DNA of 64,000 nucleotides from positions 17,670,001 through 17,734,000 of the forward strand of contig NC_043004.1 in assembly GCF_006345805.1 (NCBI RefSeq). The letters are read 5' to 3'. The notes below the pieces were generated by a model, which was not told where the DNA came from, searched no databases, and was given only the letters and a program-made list of their open reading frames with translations. Below are positions 24,819-39,097 of this stretch, one piece after another; positions within the stretch are counted from its first letter, which is position 1; each line of letters starts with the position of its first letter. The position numbers and the translations under genes are program-made. The DNA is from Octopus sinensis (taxonomy: Eukaryota).

Positions 24819-26612
24819 GATTGATTGATTGATTCTAGTTTCAGCTCATGAGCTGTGGCCATGCTGGGGCACCGCCATTTGGTGTTGCTACTTGGTTTTA
24901 CTTGGTTTTACTTCACGAACGCTTTCTAGCAACTGCCATTTGGTGCATGAGAGAGTTCGATGCAGCTGCCCTCATCTGCACCTCCTGCCGTGAAGTTGGT
25001 TCATCTGGAACACCTGACAGGAAGAGATCCAGTTTCATTTTAAAGACATCTGCATCCACCCCATGCAGGTCTCTCAGGTTCTTCGGGAGGATATTGAAGA
25101 GTTGTGGGCCTCGGAAGCCCAGGCTATCACAGTATCTTGTCCTACATCTTGATGGCAGGTTTGGAGTTCTAGGCACCACGCAGTGGCGCCCAGTTCTGGC
25201 ATTTGTGTAACTCTCGATGCCAAAGTTTGGGACACGTCCCTCCAGGATCTTCCAGATGTATATTATGGCATATCTTTCCCGCCTACGCTCCAAGGAATAT
25301 AGTTTTAATCTCTTGAGTCTTTCCCAGTAGCTTACATTCTGCATAGAGGCTATCTTCTTCGTGTAGCTACGCTGGATCGCCTCGAGCTCTGTGATCAACT
25401 TGACACTGGATGGTGACCATAACTGAGAGCAATAGTCAAAGTGGCTTAGGACAAGTGTCCTCCAGAGGACCATCATGGTTTCTTGTTCTCTTGTTCTAAA
25501 GGTTCTGAGAACCCATCCGGCCAGTCGTCTACATTTCATTGCCAATTTAGCAACATGAACACGAAAGGTTGCGTCATCACTCATGTAAATACCAGGTCAC
25601 GCACTGATTGTGCCTCTGGGATTGCTATTCCTCCGGGTCCAGTGTATTCATTGGGTATTGCATTTAGTTTTGCATGCTGATAGTATAAAGCTTGAAACTT
25701 TTCAGCATTGAACTGCATGCTATTCTTTTCAGCCCACTTGTATATTTTGTCCAGCTCACATTGCAGGCGTTTAGTGTCCTCAGGGTTCTGTATTGCCTGT
25801 GAAACTTTTGTATCATCTGCATAACTTGTGATCGTGGCTCTCTGCGTGGCTGAGGGCATGTCTGAGAGGGCCATTATGAACAGTAGTGGTCCCAGAACAG
25901 TGCCCTGCGGGACACCGCTCACTATTTGCGTGTTAATGGAAGTGGCCCCATTGGCTACTACCACCTGACTTCTATCTTTCAGAAAGTCATGAAGCCATTC
26001 TCCCAGTTTTCCAACTATGTTGAGATCACGCAGTTTGTGACATATCATTCCATGATCGACTTTATCAAAGGCCTTTGCAAAGTCGAGATATATCACTTCC
26101 ATATTTGAGTGGCTGAGCAGCCGTTTCAGCACCCAGTCATAGTGTTGTAGGAGCTGAGTTAAACAGCTTCTCCCTGGTCGGAAACCATGTTGGGTGTCGG
26201 GCAGCAAGTCATTTTCTTCAAGGAAGGTGATCAGTTTCCTTCTGACTATTCGTTCCATGACCTTGCTGATGTGTGAGGTCAGAGAGATAGGTCTGTAGTT
26301 TTTGGCCTCCGCTCTGCTACCTCCTTTATGAATGGGGCATATTTTACCTTCCTTCAGTTTTCTTGGAAGTTTGCCAGCTGCAAGGAAGCTCTGAAAGAGG
26401 AACTGCAGTGGTCTTGCTAGGACTCTCTTACATGCTTTAAGAAGGATTGCCGGGAATCCATCGGGGCCAGTAGCTGAGTCTGTTTTCATTTCATCTATAG
26501 CCTTTATTACATCGTCTTCCTTTATATCGATGTAATCTATCGTCGCCGCCTCTGATTTTATATCTGCAGTGGTAAAGAAGTCAGTTGGATTGGTGATTGG
26601 TCAGTTGGATTG
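24819..26612 (-). mobile_element. 5'-truncated CR1-clade LINE, young, with (AATC)n tail and 34-bp target-site duplication
   Basis: GTTTTTCTTAACTTGACATTCCATTTTAATGATT at 24785-24818 and 26613-26646; RT ORF; 3' stem-loops then AATC repeats. Confidence 0.95.
24913..26600 (-). pseudogene. CR1 ORF2 reverse transcriptase, 3' part, one frameshift near 25584
   Basis: GPDGFP, NYRPISLTS, QHGFRPGRSC, YLDFAKAFDKVDH, SGVPQGTVLGPLLF, YADD, LYSLERRR motifs. Confidence 0.95.
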
Positions 26613-26808
26613 GTTTTTCTTAACTTGACATTCCATTTTAATGATTTGAAAACAAACAAAAATTAAGTAAAATCAACTAGAAAAAAAAAGCAAAAGAACA
26701 AAATAGATTAAAAAATGATTCAAAAATAGAATCCTCGAAAAAAAATAAATTCCAAAATTTAAAAAATGGCGGGAACTTAGTTGCCAACCCAATATATATA
26801 TATATATG

Positions 26809-26875
<67 letters not shown>

Positions 26876-28856
26876 ATATAAAATACAAAATGGGACAAGA
26901 ATGCAAAGCATCCGGAGAACTAGGTGATACAAAAAACACGGACGGGTCATTCGAAGCCTTTAATCTTTTGTCAAGAACCGGATCATCCTCGCAATTTCGG
27001 CTATATATATATTACTCATCAGCAGCACAATAAGAAAAAAATAAGAACTTGATAAAGAAAAATGTGAACTATAGAATTACATGCGTCTTGTGTTCTTACT
27101 AATTTTGAATGTGCAATTATTCTAGGAGTCATGTCTATTTAAGACACGACTAACTATAGAAAAAATAATATAGAAAAAATAAAAGATTAGAAAATAATTT
27201 TCGTGAAAGTAAATATTATCGAAAGTTGACTAGTTTAGGGGAGATAACAAATAAGTGTATGCACATGTATTTTTTTTTTTTTGTATGTAAGCATATGGAT
27301 ATGAAAATAAACAGATCAACATACAGACGGATAGGTACATAGGTTATAAGAATAGACAAGCGCACATACGCAAATGGTGACTGAAACACATGAGCACATA
27401 TACACACACACTTTACGCCACACAAGGACGCATATGGAGACAAGGGTTCACGCATATAGAGATGTACATCCATAAATAAAAACATGGTACATAGTTGCAA
27501 AACACACAAACACACACACACAGACATGCATACACAAGGAGACAGAGGTGCATACAAATACAAACACACGCTCACACACACACACACATACATAGAAAAT
27601 ACACAAACACGGACATGCAAGCACATGAATATGTAGAATACATACCTACAGATGCACACACATATATACATATGCATACAAACACATATATACATACACA
27701 CATGCATACATACATACACATATATAAATACGTACATGCATGCATAAACACACACACACTAACCCACACACATGCGCACAAACAAACAAAAAAGAACGTA
27801 ATGTAAATAATGGATGGAGTCAAGACTATTGAAAAGGTTGCAAGGCGCAACGAAAATTTTAGGAAAATAAAAATAGAAAATAAGTGGAAATTTTACCGGT
27901 GAGCGTGTTAAATTATAAGGCACAAAAAGAATATGACTCTCCCCAGACACAACAGAATAAATAAGGGGAAAATGGTCTACTTTTTAACTGCTAGGAGATT
28001 GGAAAAATTAAGAATATTGGTATTATATGTATATGGATATGGTTACTAAAAAAATATTTTTCTTGTGTCATATATAGTGAAACAACTAAATATGCATATA
28101 TATATAAAAGAAAACCAGGATTTTTGTACTAGTAAAACAAAAATTATATGCATATACTTGTGTATATAGACGCTTACAATGTATACACTGAGAATTATGA
28201 ACTAAAAAGGAATCAGACACCGAAAATATACGATAATGCACATATGCACCCATTAGACGACAGTTAGAAAGAGACAGTCTTATACACTGAACACCTGTAC
28301 CCATGTAACACATATGTACATAAATAATTTTTATACATATACCTGAAATTTTAGTGACGATGTACGTATAAACATACATCATATATTATAAAAACAAATA
28401 TACATTATAGAAACATATATATAACAATTATAATATTTGAAAATTATTTAAATATTTTATAAACATTTGAATAAATGATAAAATAACAAAACAAAAATAG
28501 TTGTACAAATAGTTATAAATCTAGGTCGCTAAAAATGTCTATATATTAAAAAATTAAATAAAAAAATTTATATAGAAAAGATTATATGTATATATAGAGG
28601 AGAACGTAATCAAATACTTATGTATGATTTATAAGGTATAGTTGTATACCGGAATACTTTTGAATATATGTGAAAAGTACCCAACTACTGAAGATGCAAT
28701 TTTTAGATCTGAGCATATATATAAGTAAATATGCACACTTAACAATTGGAAGTACAGTACATCACTTATGGGTAAAGAATGCATAGATGGGTACATTTAC
28801 AAGTTTTAATTACAAAATAAATTTACTATCATATATACACAGTAAAATATATGTAT

Positions 28857-29260
28857 GTAGTGGCTGTGTGGTAAGTAGCTTGCTTACCAACCACATGGTT
28901 TCGAGTTCAGTCCCACTGCGGGGCACCTTGGGCAAGTGTCTTCTACTATAGCCACGGGGCGACCAAAGCCTTGTGAGTGGATTTGGTAGACGGAAACTGA
29001 AAGAATCTCGTCGTATATATGTATATGTAAATATATGTGTCTGTGTGTTTGTGTGTCTGTGTTTCCCCCCCCCAACATCGCTTGACAACCGATGCTAGTG
29101 TGTTTACGTCCCCGTAACTTAGCGGTTCGACAAAATAGACCTATAGAATTGGAACTAGGCTTACAAAGAATAAGTCCTGGGGTCTATTTCCTCGACTAAA
29201 GGCGGTGCTCCAGCATGGCCGTAGTCAAATGACTGAAACAAGTAAAAGAGTAAAAGAGTA
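28857..29260 (+). mobile_element. SINE family A, full length
   Basis: tRNA-like head (TGGCTGTGTGGTAAG...GAGTTCAGTCCC), internal TA/TG microsatellite, tail GGCGGTGCTCCAGCATGGCCGTAGTCAAATGACTGAAACAAGTAAAAGAG. Confidence 0.9.
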
Positions 29261-29319
29261 ATATACATACATATATAGATAGACATACACACATACACAT
29301 ATACACATACATATATACA

Positions 29320-29353
<34 letters not shown>

Positions 29354-30209
29354 CATATATACATACATACATACATATATACATACATACATGCCTACAT
29401 ACATATATATTAGTCGGAACTAGAATTCTTGCATAGCTGGAGCAAAGCCAGGATGCAACCCTGCAAAAAGTGCCTGAAGAATGTGAAAGGATACTTAAAT
29501 TAAGGCATGACACAGAGGAAATTGAACGTAAAGATTGTTTCCGAGTAAAACCAGTGCGGAATAGGCTGAATAGAGATATGTTCTCTAAAAAAATACGACA
29601 AACACCGGGATATAAACCTACGTTTTGTATATGGTTGCATGCACTTGAGAAAAAATTATCTACTTAAAAAACCGGAATGTTTTCCTTGTGGAAATATAGG
29701 ATATATAAAGTCGTACTGTAGAACGATCATAAAACTTCAGAAAAAAGGTAAAAAAATAGTTTTTTATCGAAAAAAAAAAAAAGGGTAATACAACGAACAG
29801 AAAATTCGTAAATGTGAAAATTAAAAATGCAAGTGTAAAATCGATATTTGACACTGGTACTGACATGACTTATAAACGAAAAAGAAAACGTGGAAATATG
29901 TTGGTAAGTTGAGATTAATTAAATTTAAAAAGGTAGCACATGGAATAAGATTATACTTGATCGGTGAATGCGTATGTAACGTAACATTTCGAGGCCAAAC
30001 GAAAAAGACTAAGATATATGTATTAAAACATTCACTTAATTTGGCACAGAGTGGATACAATTATTTAATATATGGATTAAGCCCGTAAGTGTTTTGTGTA
30101 GAAATATAGTTACCCCAGTCGAAGGTTCAAATGCGGCTGAGGGACTGAAACAAAAAATCGCAGTAAAACAAAATGGAACACATATATTTAAATCAAAACG
30201 AAATGTACT

Positions 30210-30668
30210 CGTCGGAGATAATATTACTTGCTTCCATTGTTTTCTCGACCAGCTCTTGAGATCTTTTTCACCAGTTAAGCCTTTTCTGAATGTTTTGATG
30301 AGAAAGCAGAAGTTTTCTGATGGCGGCTCTTCCATGATATCCAGCTTTATTGAGCTCACGGCGAACAATTTTGGATGGCACAGGCTAGTTAGATGTTGAT
30401 TCAACTCTTTTGTCACTTTAGGGGCAGTTGTCCGGTGATTTTTCATCACAATGCGATTCAACTCTCGTCGGTCTTTTTCAGTGAGCTTTGAAGTTTTCTC
30501 GGACTTACTCCTCCTGCTGGAGGTTCTGCCCTGCTTCTTAAATTCAGTCATGGTCCTTGATATGGTAGCTCTTGGAAAAACGAGGAGTTCAAGTGTTCTG
30601 GTGACGGAAGCTCCTGCCTTTCGAGCTCCAATAATTTGCCCTTTTTCGAACTCAGTGAGGTCATGCAT
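30210..30668 (-). pseudogene. Tc1-like transposase N-terminal fragment
   Basis: MHDLTEFEKGQIIGARKAGAS...LTEKDRRELNRIVMKNHRTTA is typical of Tc1 paired-like HTH domains; it decays before the DDE domain. Confidence 0.8.
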
Positions 30669-30790
30669 CTTAGCTTAATTTATATTACGATCTGAAAAAG
30701 AGATAGAAATAATCATTAAATTACATAAATAAAACCATTAGAAAATTACTATTTGTAAATCTTACAACGAGAAATATTTAGAAACAGTAC

Positions 30791-31026
30791 TTTGGAGTAT
30801 AGATTGTTTGCCAACATAACGTGGCAGTCCTGGATTAGGACGGATATTGCTGTAATTTAGCCCCAGGAGACATCATCTCCAGCTGGCTATACGGCACGAT
30901 CTGTGATCCTTGTTCGAAAATATAAGGACACAGATCGTGTCGTACAGCTCCTGGGGCTAAATTACAGCAATATTCGTCCGAAACCAGGACTGCCATGTTA
31001 TGCTGGCAAACAATAATTACTCCAAA
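30791..31026. mobile_element. Foldback hairpin element (~235 bp), short relative of 16109-16565
   Basis: Left arm ATTGTTTGCCAACATAACGTGGCAGTCCTGG... pairs with right arm ...CCAGGACTGCCATGTTATGCTGGCAAACAAT; inner GGCACGATCTGTG/CACAGATCGTGTC. Confidence 0.9.
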
Positions 31027-31152
31027 TAAAACCATCTACAATACAAAAAAACCCCACTCACAATGAAATTTGGAGGGATATTCGTAATATAATGGCTCAC
31101 TGAAATATTGGAGTTAAATTTCTACTGTTCCAATTATTTTGTCCAACCCCTG

Positions 31153-31215
<63 letters not shown>

Positions 31216-31987
31216 TACACACACACATATATATAGATATATATATAGATATATATTATTTTTTCTTTATCTTTTTCGAGTTTCAGCTCAAGGGCTGCAG
31301 CTATACTGGGGCATCGACGTTTGGTTTGTATATATGTATATATATTTATGTACATATATATAGATGCATAAAGCTACATAGATTAAGAAACTTATAAGCA
31401 CACAGGCACACACACGCACGTACGCACACACACATATGCAAATATATATATACACATATATATACACATATACAAATGCACTTACATAGAACATAGAGAA
31501 CACAGCCCTATGTAAATATATTTGTCTATATATATATATATTTATATATAAATATATATCCTTGTGTGCGTGTGTGTGTGTGTGTGTGTGTGCGTGTATG
31601 TGTGTGTGTGTGTGTGAAGCCTAATTATGTATATCTAAGTTACGATTTCTATACATTTACCTATATGTATTCGTGTGTGTGTGCATATATACATATAGGT
31701 AAATATATATAGATACCTGCATGCGTACATACATACACACGCACACATAATGCATGCATGCATACATACATGTATACATACATGCATACATCTAACAGAG
31801 ATTGGGTTTGCTGAAAAAGCATTGATAACTGGCATCGATTTCATAGAATCATAACTGATTCAGCACATTTCTAACATTAGCATTGTTGTATATTCAGTAG
31901 TTTTCTTTTTTGTATGAGAAGCCAATCAAAAGTTTCATATATACACACACATACAAACATAAACATACATTATATATATATATATGT

Positions 31988-32024
<37 letters not shown>

Positions 32025-32075
32025 GCATATATATGTTTACATATATATGTATATATGTATATATATATATATGTA

Positions 32076-32123
<48 letters not shown>

Positions 32124-32195
32124 GTATATGTGTGTAAATATATATATATGTATATGTGTGTAAATATATATATGTATATATATGTATATATATGT

Positions 32196-32229
<34 letters not shown>

Positions 32230-32265
32230 CTATATATATGTATATATATAGGTATACACACACAC

Positions 32266-32331
<66 letters not shown>

Positions 32332-32572
32332 GTATACACACACACGCACTGACACACACATATATGTATTTAAATACAAAACATTTGTTACCTTTCAAAA
32401 ATTATGAATTATTATGGAAAATCCAGGAGCGAGAAAACAAGAAAATTAGTTTATTCATCAATCAATTACTTCAATTACTTCGTTCATAAATCAATACAAC
32501 GTATAATAAGAACTCATTGGATTTCGTCGATCGATTCCTCACTGCTTTAAGGTAAATATATTTGTATGCACT

Positions 32573-32663
<91 letters not shown>

Positions 32664-35600
32664 GTCTGTCTATCTGTCTGTCTGTCTGTCTGCCTGCCTG
32701 CCTGCCTATCTGTCTGTCTGTCTATATATCTATCTGTTTATATGCATATATGTACATGTTTGTGTGTGTGTGTGTGTGTGTATGGAATGATGCTTGTATA
32801 TGGACGTATACGAAGTTACGTTAAGTATGTTTAGATATGAGCGCTATAAATTTGATTATACAACCAATTTACTCCATTTGTATTCATTATAGCCAGAAGA
32901 AAAAGCAAGGAAGTTAGAGATCTGCACCGTCAAAGCAGTTTCTTTTTCAACTTTCAAGCCAAACATCATCGTTTGTTGTCCATGTCTTTCATTTAAAACA
33001 AACAGAATATCCCTTGTACGTCTCTCCTTGGTCAAACAGTACTCACAGCTATATATTTCCACAACTGTCAATTTGGAGGCCGCTTTCCAATTATTATTCA
33101 CAAACACGGCATCTCATAATTAATTTTGATTCCATTGATACGCTTCAAAACTTAATTCTCTATGTACCTACCTGAATGTGAGAATCTATATACCTGAAAC
33201 GTTGAAAGATCAGCTAAGAGATAGCTTTGATTCAAATATCACTTTTATTCACATCCATCATTATTACGGAGAAAGTATTCTCTTCTATGAGACTTAAGTG
33301 GTCCGATGATGGAGAAAGGGAATTGTTTTATTAATTTAACATTTGGATGTATATCACTAAATGGTATTATGCGATTTACCATTGCAATCATCTACTCTAT
33401 GATAACATTTCTAATCGTTTCGTCAGCCATGTCAAACCTGATCTAATCATTCATAAGTCTATCATCTGGATTAATTTGAGATGAATTAAAATTTGCTTCT
33501 TTCGGTACATTTCAGTTTTTTCCCTTTATATTGCTCAAAATTAACTTTTCTTTCAATGAAACACTCACATTACGTTCCGATAAAGATCCAAAAGTTTAGC
33601 TATAATTCAATGACGTTTTATGACAATTTCGAGAATTGTGTCACGCATCAATTACTCAAAAAAGAATTACCTATATTTAAACGTGACTGTTTAAGTACGA
33701 TAAGTAAGACTCTTCAGTTCGAACAACCTGTCCTTGACTTTGTTATATCTGTATTAAAGGTATTTGGAGAAATTACATTGCAGGATTTCCTGTTGTACTG
33801 GATTCTCTATATTTTTAGAATATTTTTCTTGAGCCTAAATGACTCAAAGCCGGTTAGGCAGTTTCCATGGTTAATAAGTGATCTCGATCCCAACATTCCC
33901 TCTGAATGGGGTGCCAGTTCGTGGCAGAATTCAGGGCCAACAGTTTTGAGGGAAGTGGACAAATCAATTACACTGATACCAGTACATGACTGGTACTTCA
34001 TCGATCTCAAACAGATTAAAAGTAAAGTTGATCTTGGTGAGATTTGAGTTCAGATATAAAGAGCCGGAAGCAATGAGCATTTTCTTAGATGTGCCAACGA
34101 TTCTACCTGCCCGTTTCCTTACAAGACACTTTTATGCATCGTTATATATATATATATGATAAAAAATCCTTGATTATATTAAGAAGAATGTTACCTACAC
34201 GTCTTTTCTACCGCTGATTGTGCACCCCAGTAGGTTTGCTCAATGCACATTATATATTGCATTTGTCTTCAGTATTTTTTTCCTCACAAGCCAAAGACTT
34301 CTAAAATTAAATGCAATTTTTCATCCGGAAGCCATTTTGTCTGTATCACACCACACGTTCCATTACGTAGTTTGCGTCGAATTCCTATTTTTCAAATTCC
34401 AAATTAATTTAATCTCAGTTACTAGTTTCTATCTCCTTTATATAATTTGTATTCTCCACTTTCTTTGAGAAAATCAATGAGTTTAACTCCATAATGTTTA
34501 GCACGACCAACCAAAAACATAATCATAAAATATTTTCTGCAAATAGATTTCTGCCAAACAAATATATAAATATTTCTAGAATATATTGTCCAACAATTAT
34601 ATTTTAGATACAAAATAACATTTTGGCAAGCTCACCGAGGCTGATTTCATATTTTTTTGTTTATATACGTACAAAGACACGCACGCACACACACACTCGC
34701 ACAGACATACGCACATACACATATATATGCGTTGTGTGTGTGTATGTTTGTATAGTTTGTATATACGCACATTTATAGTTAGCATCATAAATATGATTTT
34801 GTACAATGAAAATCTATGATATACTTCTGTTCATAAGTTCATAAAAATATATATATATTTATGCGTATGTATATCTTTATGTATGTATCTATCTATCTGT
34901 CTGTCTGTCTGTCTGTCTGTCTGTATGTATGTATGTATGTATGTATGTATGTATGTATGTATATATGCATTATAAAGCAAATTGCAAAACAAACTTATTC
35001 TTCATTTTAATATCCAAATAGCTTAAGTTAAAAATCCAGGCGATTAAAAAATACAATTTTAGATGTAATTGTAAAGATAGGTTGCAGCTCCTCTATTAGA
35101 TCGATATTACGAGAAGCACTAATAAATGCCTATACTCGCAGCTTTATAAACATGCGTGACTGTCCAAATTGATATAAAATTTCAGTTATAAAATCTTTAC
35201 TCAGAAGAGCTTTCACTTTTATATTCTGAAAAGAAGCATTTAAAATGAAGTATTAAAATAAGATAAACGCTAGTCAGTAACATACACATATATGAAAGTT
35301 TTGTGGGCTGAACTAGAGAGCATGGGAAAATACAGAAGGAAATCTAGTGCAGTAAATGTAACAAACATGAAACTGAGTAAAATGAAAATTATTTAACCAT
35401 GTGAAGAATGTAATACATGAGCAAAATTAACTCTGGCTACGGAAAATGTAAACATGTCATAAAAAATCTCACTAAACATAATTCAGAACAAACACACACA
35501 CAAGTGCTCACTGAGATAGCTAGAAAAGAAAGAGAAACCGGCCATTGTAATGATCCCTCAGTCGATGCACCTACGGTACATAAATGCTTAATCTTCCATT

Positions 35601-35859
35601 TACTCCCCCACGTCTTATTTCAACATTCTTACTTTTATCCTTTGGCTCTCCTTCCATCTTAGTTTTTTCCCTCCACTTCAGTCACGTTTACTTCGCTTCC
35701 TCTTCTCATTTCTCTTTCCTTCTCTCTCTCTTTCTCCTGTTTACATAAGCGTTCTCCATCAATTGCAACCATTTAAAAAAAAACATGTAAAACTCTGTTC
35801 TCTTTTATTTTCCTTCCGTCATATTTACCGTGAAGGACGACTCTGTCCAAAATGCTGAA

Positions 35860-36198
35860 TACGATAATCCCTCGACTGTCGCAGGTGTTACGTTCCAAAA
35901 CCACCCCGCGATAGGCGAAAATCCGCGAAGTAGAAACAGTACTGTACTGTATATTTTTTTTTATTTTCATAATTTAGTTAGTTAGTTAATTTTCGGCTCA
36001 AAAGCAAATAGCAAGGCCATGTAGGGGGACATGGAGTTAAGTACAGGGTGGTGTTCATGTAAAGAGTTCAGGCCACTTGAGGTCCATTTTATTATAAATG
36101 CAAAACAAGACCACAGAGGAAACGACGTAAGCTTAAATAATAAACGGCGATAGGTAAACCGTGATAGTTGAACCGCGATATGGCGGAAGATTACTGTA
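35860..36198. mobile_element. Possible pogo/Tigger-type MITE relic
   Basis: TACGATAATCCCTCG at left and CGGAAGATTACTGTA at right resemble diverged TACAGTAATCCCTCG-type TIRs. Confidence 0.45.
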
Positions 36199-37829
36199 CT
36201 CCACTACCCAAGGCATTTCCAATATACTCTTTCTGTCGTCTCATCATACAACTGAACAGGTGTAAGAAAACGTATCTAAGCTCTTTTATAGATCTTAAAG
36301 CATTTACTTCGGAGCTAATACAACAGAGGCAAATTGTGATTCGTAGAAGTAATTTTTGGTTGCAGACGCATGTTATGTTTTATGAATAGAGCATCAGATA
36401 ATACTAAGAATAAAGTATTACACTAATATAGGATTATGATAATCGTGGTAAGTGAAGCAGACTGTATTTAAGTATGCTAGTAAGTTATTCTCTCAGAGAA
36501 AGACTCAAAACGTTCATAGAAACGAAAATAATAATATATACTTATCGTTGCTTATAGTTAATTTGCGGTTTTAACAATTTCACAATGTAACGGACTACAT
36601 TACTCGGTCGGTATTCTATTCGAATTTACTATTGTTTTGATGCCAAAAGCTGATTTATCGTCCATAAGAAACTACTTTAATTCACTGTAATAAGTTTATT
36701 TCTTCCTTTTCTTTTGTTCCTCTCTTCCGAATCATGTTATTAGCTTTATCGTAACCCAGTTCAAACTGCTTCGCTGCAGTAAAATATGAACGACGCAAGA
36801 TTTTGTGTTGTAAAATTGTTTTGCTAATTCTCTGTTACTAATTTATTTTTACGCGTGCTGCTAAGAAACTCTCTTTGCAACCACATGGTTTCGCGTTCAG
36901 TCCCACTGCACTGCTCCTAGAACTAGTGTCTTCTGCTGTAGTCCTGAGCCAACCAATATCTTGCGATTGAGTTTGGTTGACGGAAACTCTATGGAATCCT
37001 GTCGTCTATATATGTATATAAATGTATATGTATATATATATATATATATATACATATATTATGTGTATACATATACATATACATTTATACATACATACAT
37101 ATATGTATGTATGTATACACATACATACACACACACACGCGCACACGCACACACACACACACACACGCACACACACACACACATATAATGTACTGCGGAG
37201 GACTAATTGGACTTGTGGCCCGAAGCTAAAGAGGGAAATAATAATAAAGCATTTATTGGTATTCTACCAGTGAGTTGGCAAGTGACTGAGCACTCCACAG
37301 ATATGTGTGTCCTTAACGTGGTTCTCAGGGAGATTCAGAGTGACACTGAGTGTGGACAAGGCTGGCCCTTTGAAATTCAGGTACTACTCATTTTTGCCAG
37401 TTGAGACAACTGAACGACACAACGCGTTTCCAGGAATTGAACTCACGACCTTACGATGGTGAGCCGAATACCCTAACCACTAAGCCACGCACCATCACTA
37501 TATGTGTGTGTGTGTGTATTTATGTATGTGTATGTATGTATGCATGTATGTATGTATGTATGCATGTGTGTGTGCCTGTGCGTGTCTGTCTCTGCTTGTC
37601 GCCCCCATCATTCGGCAACCAATGCTGCCTTGCTCATGCTCCCGTAACATAGCAGTACGACAAGGACACCGACAAAATGAGTACTAGACTAAAAGAAAAT
37701 AAGCACTGGGTCGATTCGTTTGACTAAACTCGTCAAGGTACTGCCCCAGCATGGCCGTAGTCCAATGACTGAAACAAGCAAAGATGAGAAAAATAAAAGA
37801 TAAACCTCTGTCCAGTTCACTGTTCCCCT

Positions 37830-38132
37830 CTTCGCTTGTCTTTTGCCGAACCGCTAAGTTACGGGGACGTAAACACACCAACATCGATTGTCAAGCGATG
37901 GTGGGGGGACAAACACAGACACACAAACACACACACACACGCATATATATATATATATATAATATATATATATATACGACGAGCTTCTTTCAGTTTCCGT
38001 CTACCAAATTCACTTACAAGGCTTTGGTCGACTCGAGGCTATAGTAGGAAACATTTGCGTTAGGTGCCACGCAATGGGACTGAACCCGGAACCATGTGGT
38101 TGGTAAGCAAGCTACTTACCACACACCCACCC
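37830..38132 (-). mobile_element. SINE family A
   Basis: Reverse-complement match to the 28857 copy, including the internal CA/TA microsatellite. Confidence 0.85.
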
Positions 38133-38359
38133 ATGCACTTTCTAATATTTATTTTAAAATTTTCATCCTTTTAATAAGGATCGGGATAAATTTGTAAAAT
38201 AACGTTGCAAGCATTTTCTCCAAAATGCTTTGTATTTGTTATTCTCTCGGCACGGAATCATTTCTATATGGCTTATTAAACCTCAAATGTCAGCCGCTTA
38301 TTAACATATTCTTATCAATACAATATGTACAGAACAAATATGGCCTCCATAAATATATA

Positions 38360-39097
38360 TCACGTTCTTTATGTATAAAACATTTATCCTTATATTATCG
38401 CGGCGTTACGTGCACCCCCCCCCCCCGTTTGTTTATCCAATTTTAAACCCTGCACGACTTCTATATGCTTCTCTTTCCTACCCGCCATTGCTTCTTGACC
38501 AAACTATTTTGGCGCCCTTTTTTCTTCCCCCTCTTCCTCCCATCCTCCTCAATCCCTTCTCTCTCTTTTTCTCTTGGTCTCTGACTGATTCTGTCCCCTG
38601 CCTTCCACCCTCTTTGATTCCCTCTCTCTCTGTCTCTCTTTCTCTCTCTCCCCTGCAACCTGCTGCTTCTCCACCATTTCGTTGGCGATCGTATCTCGCT
38701 AACATCTGTATTTGTCCCCTCTACCGAAAAGGTAATTATTTCTACGCCTGCTGCTATGTTTGTTGTTTTTGTCTCATTTGGTCTAAAGTCGTATGACAAC
38801 CACCGTTATATTATATTTTGTTTAACCGTTACCGTTTTCAATTTCGTTTTCGTCTCTCGTATTTACATCCGTCTCGTGCGTTCACATTCCTGTCTTCTAC
38901 CAAGAAATCTAATGCTTACAGCTTAGTTTTTTTTCTTGGGGCTGGCCGAGTTGGAGCAAATATCAGAATTGAACAGCCGAAATTTGCTATGATGATTCGG
39001 TGTCTGACTGAAGATTGAAGGCTTCGAATGATTTGTCTGTGTTCCGTGTTTGTCCCTTCCTGTATTTCACGTTCTTTATGTATAAAACATTTATCCT

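Larger units (their letters stand above)
23689..26792 (-). mobile_element. Decayed mariner transposon interrupted by a CR1 LINE
   Basis: TIRs TTGGGTTGGCAACTAA(C/G)TTCCCGCC at both ends, TA flanks; transposase pieces MECQVKKNEHFRH, ALVPHAL, RIVTGDEKW, PYSPSVAPTDFHLF in different frames. Confidence 0.93.

Noticed and set aside
33493-34047. 184-aa ORF
   Set aside because: TTG start, no recognisable motif, 3' end runs into SINE sequence; more likely a chance frame over a decayed repeat.
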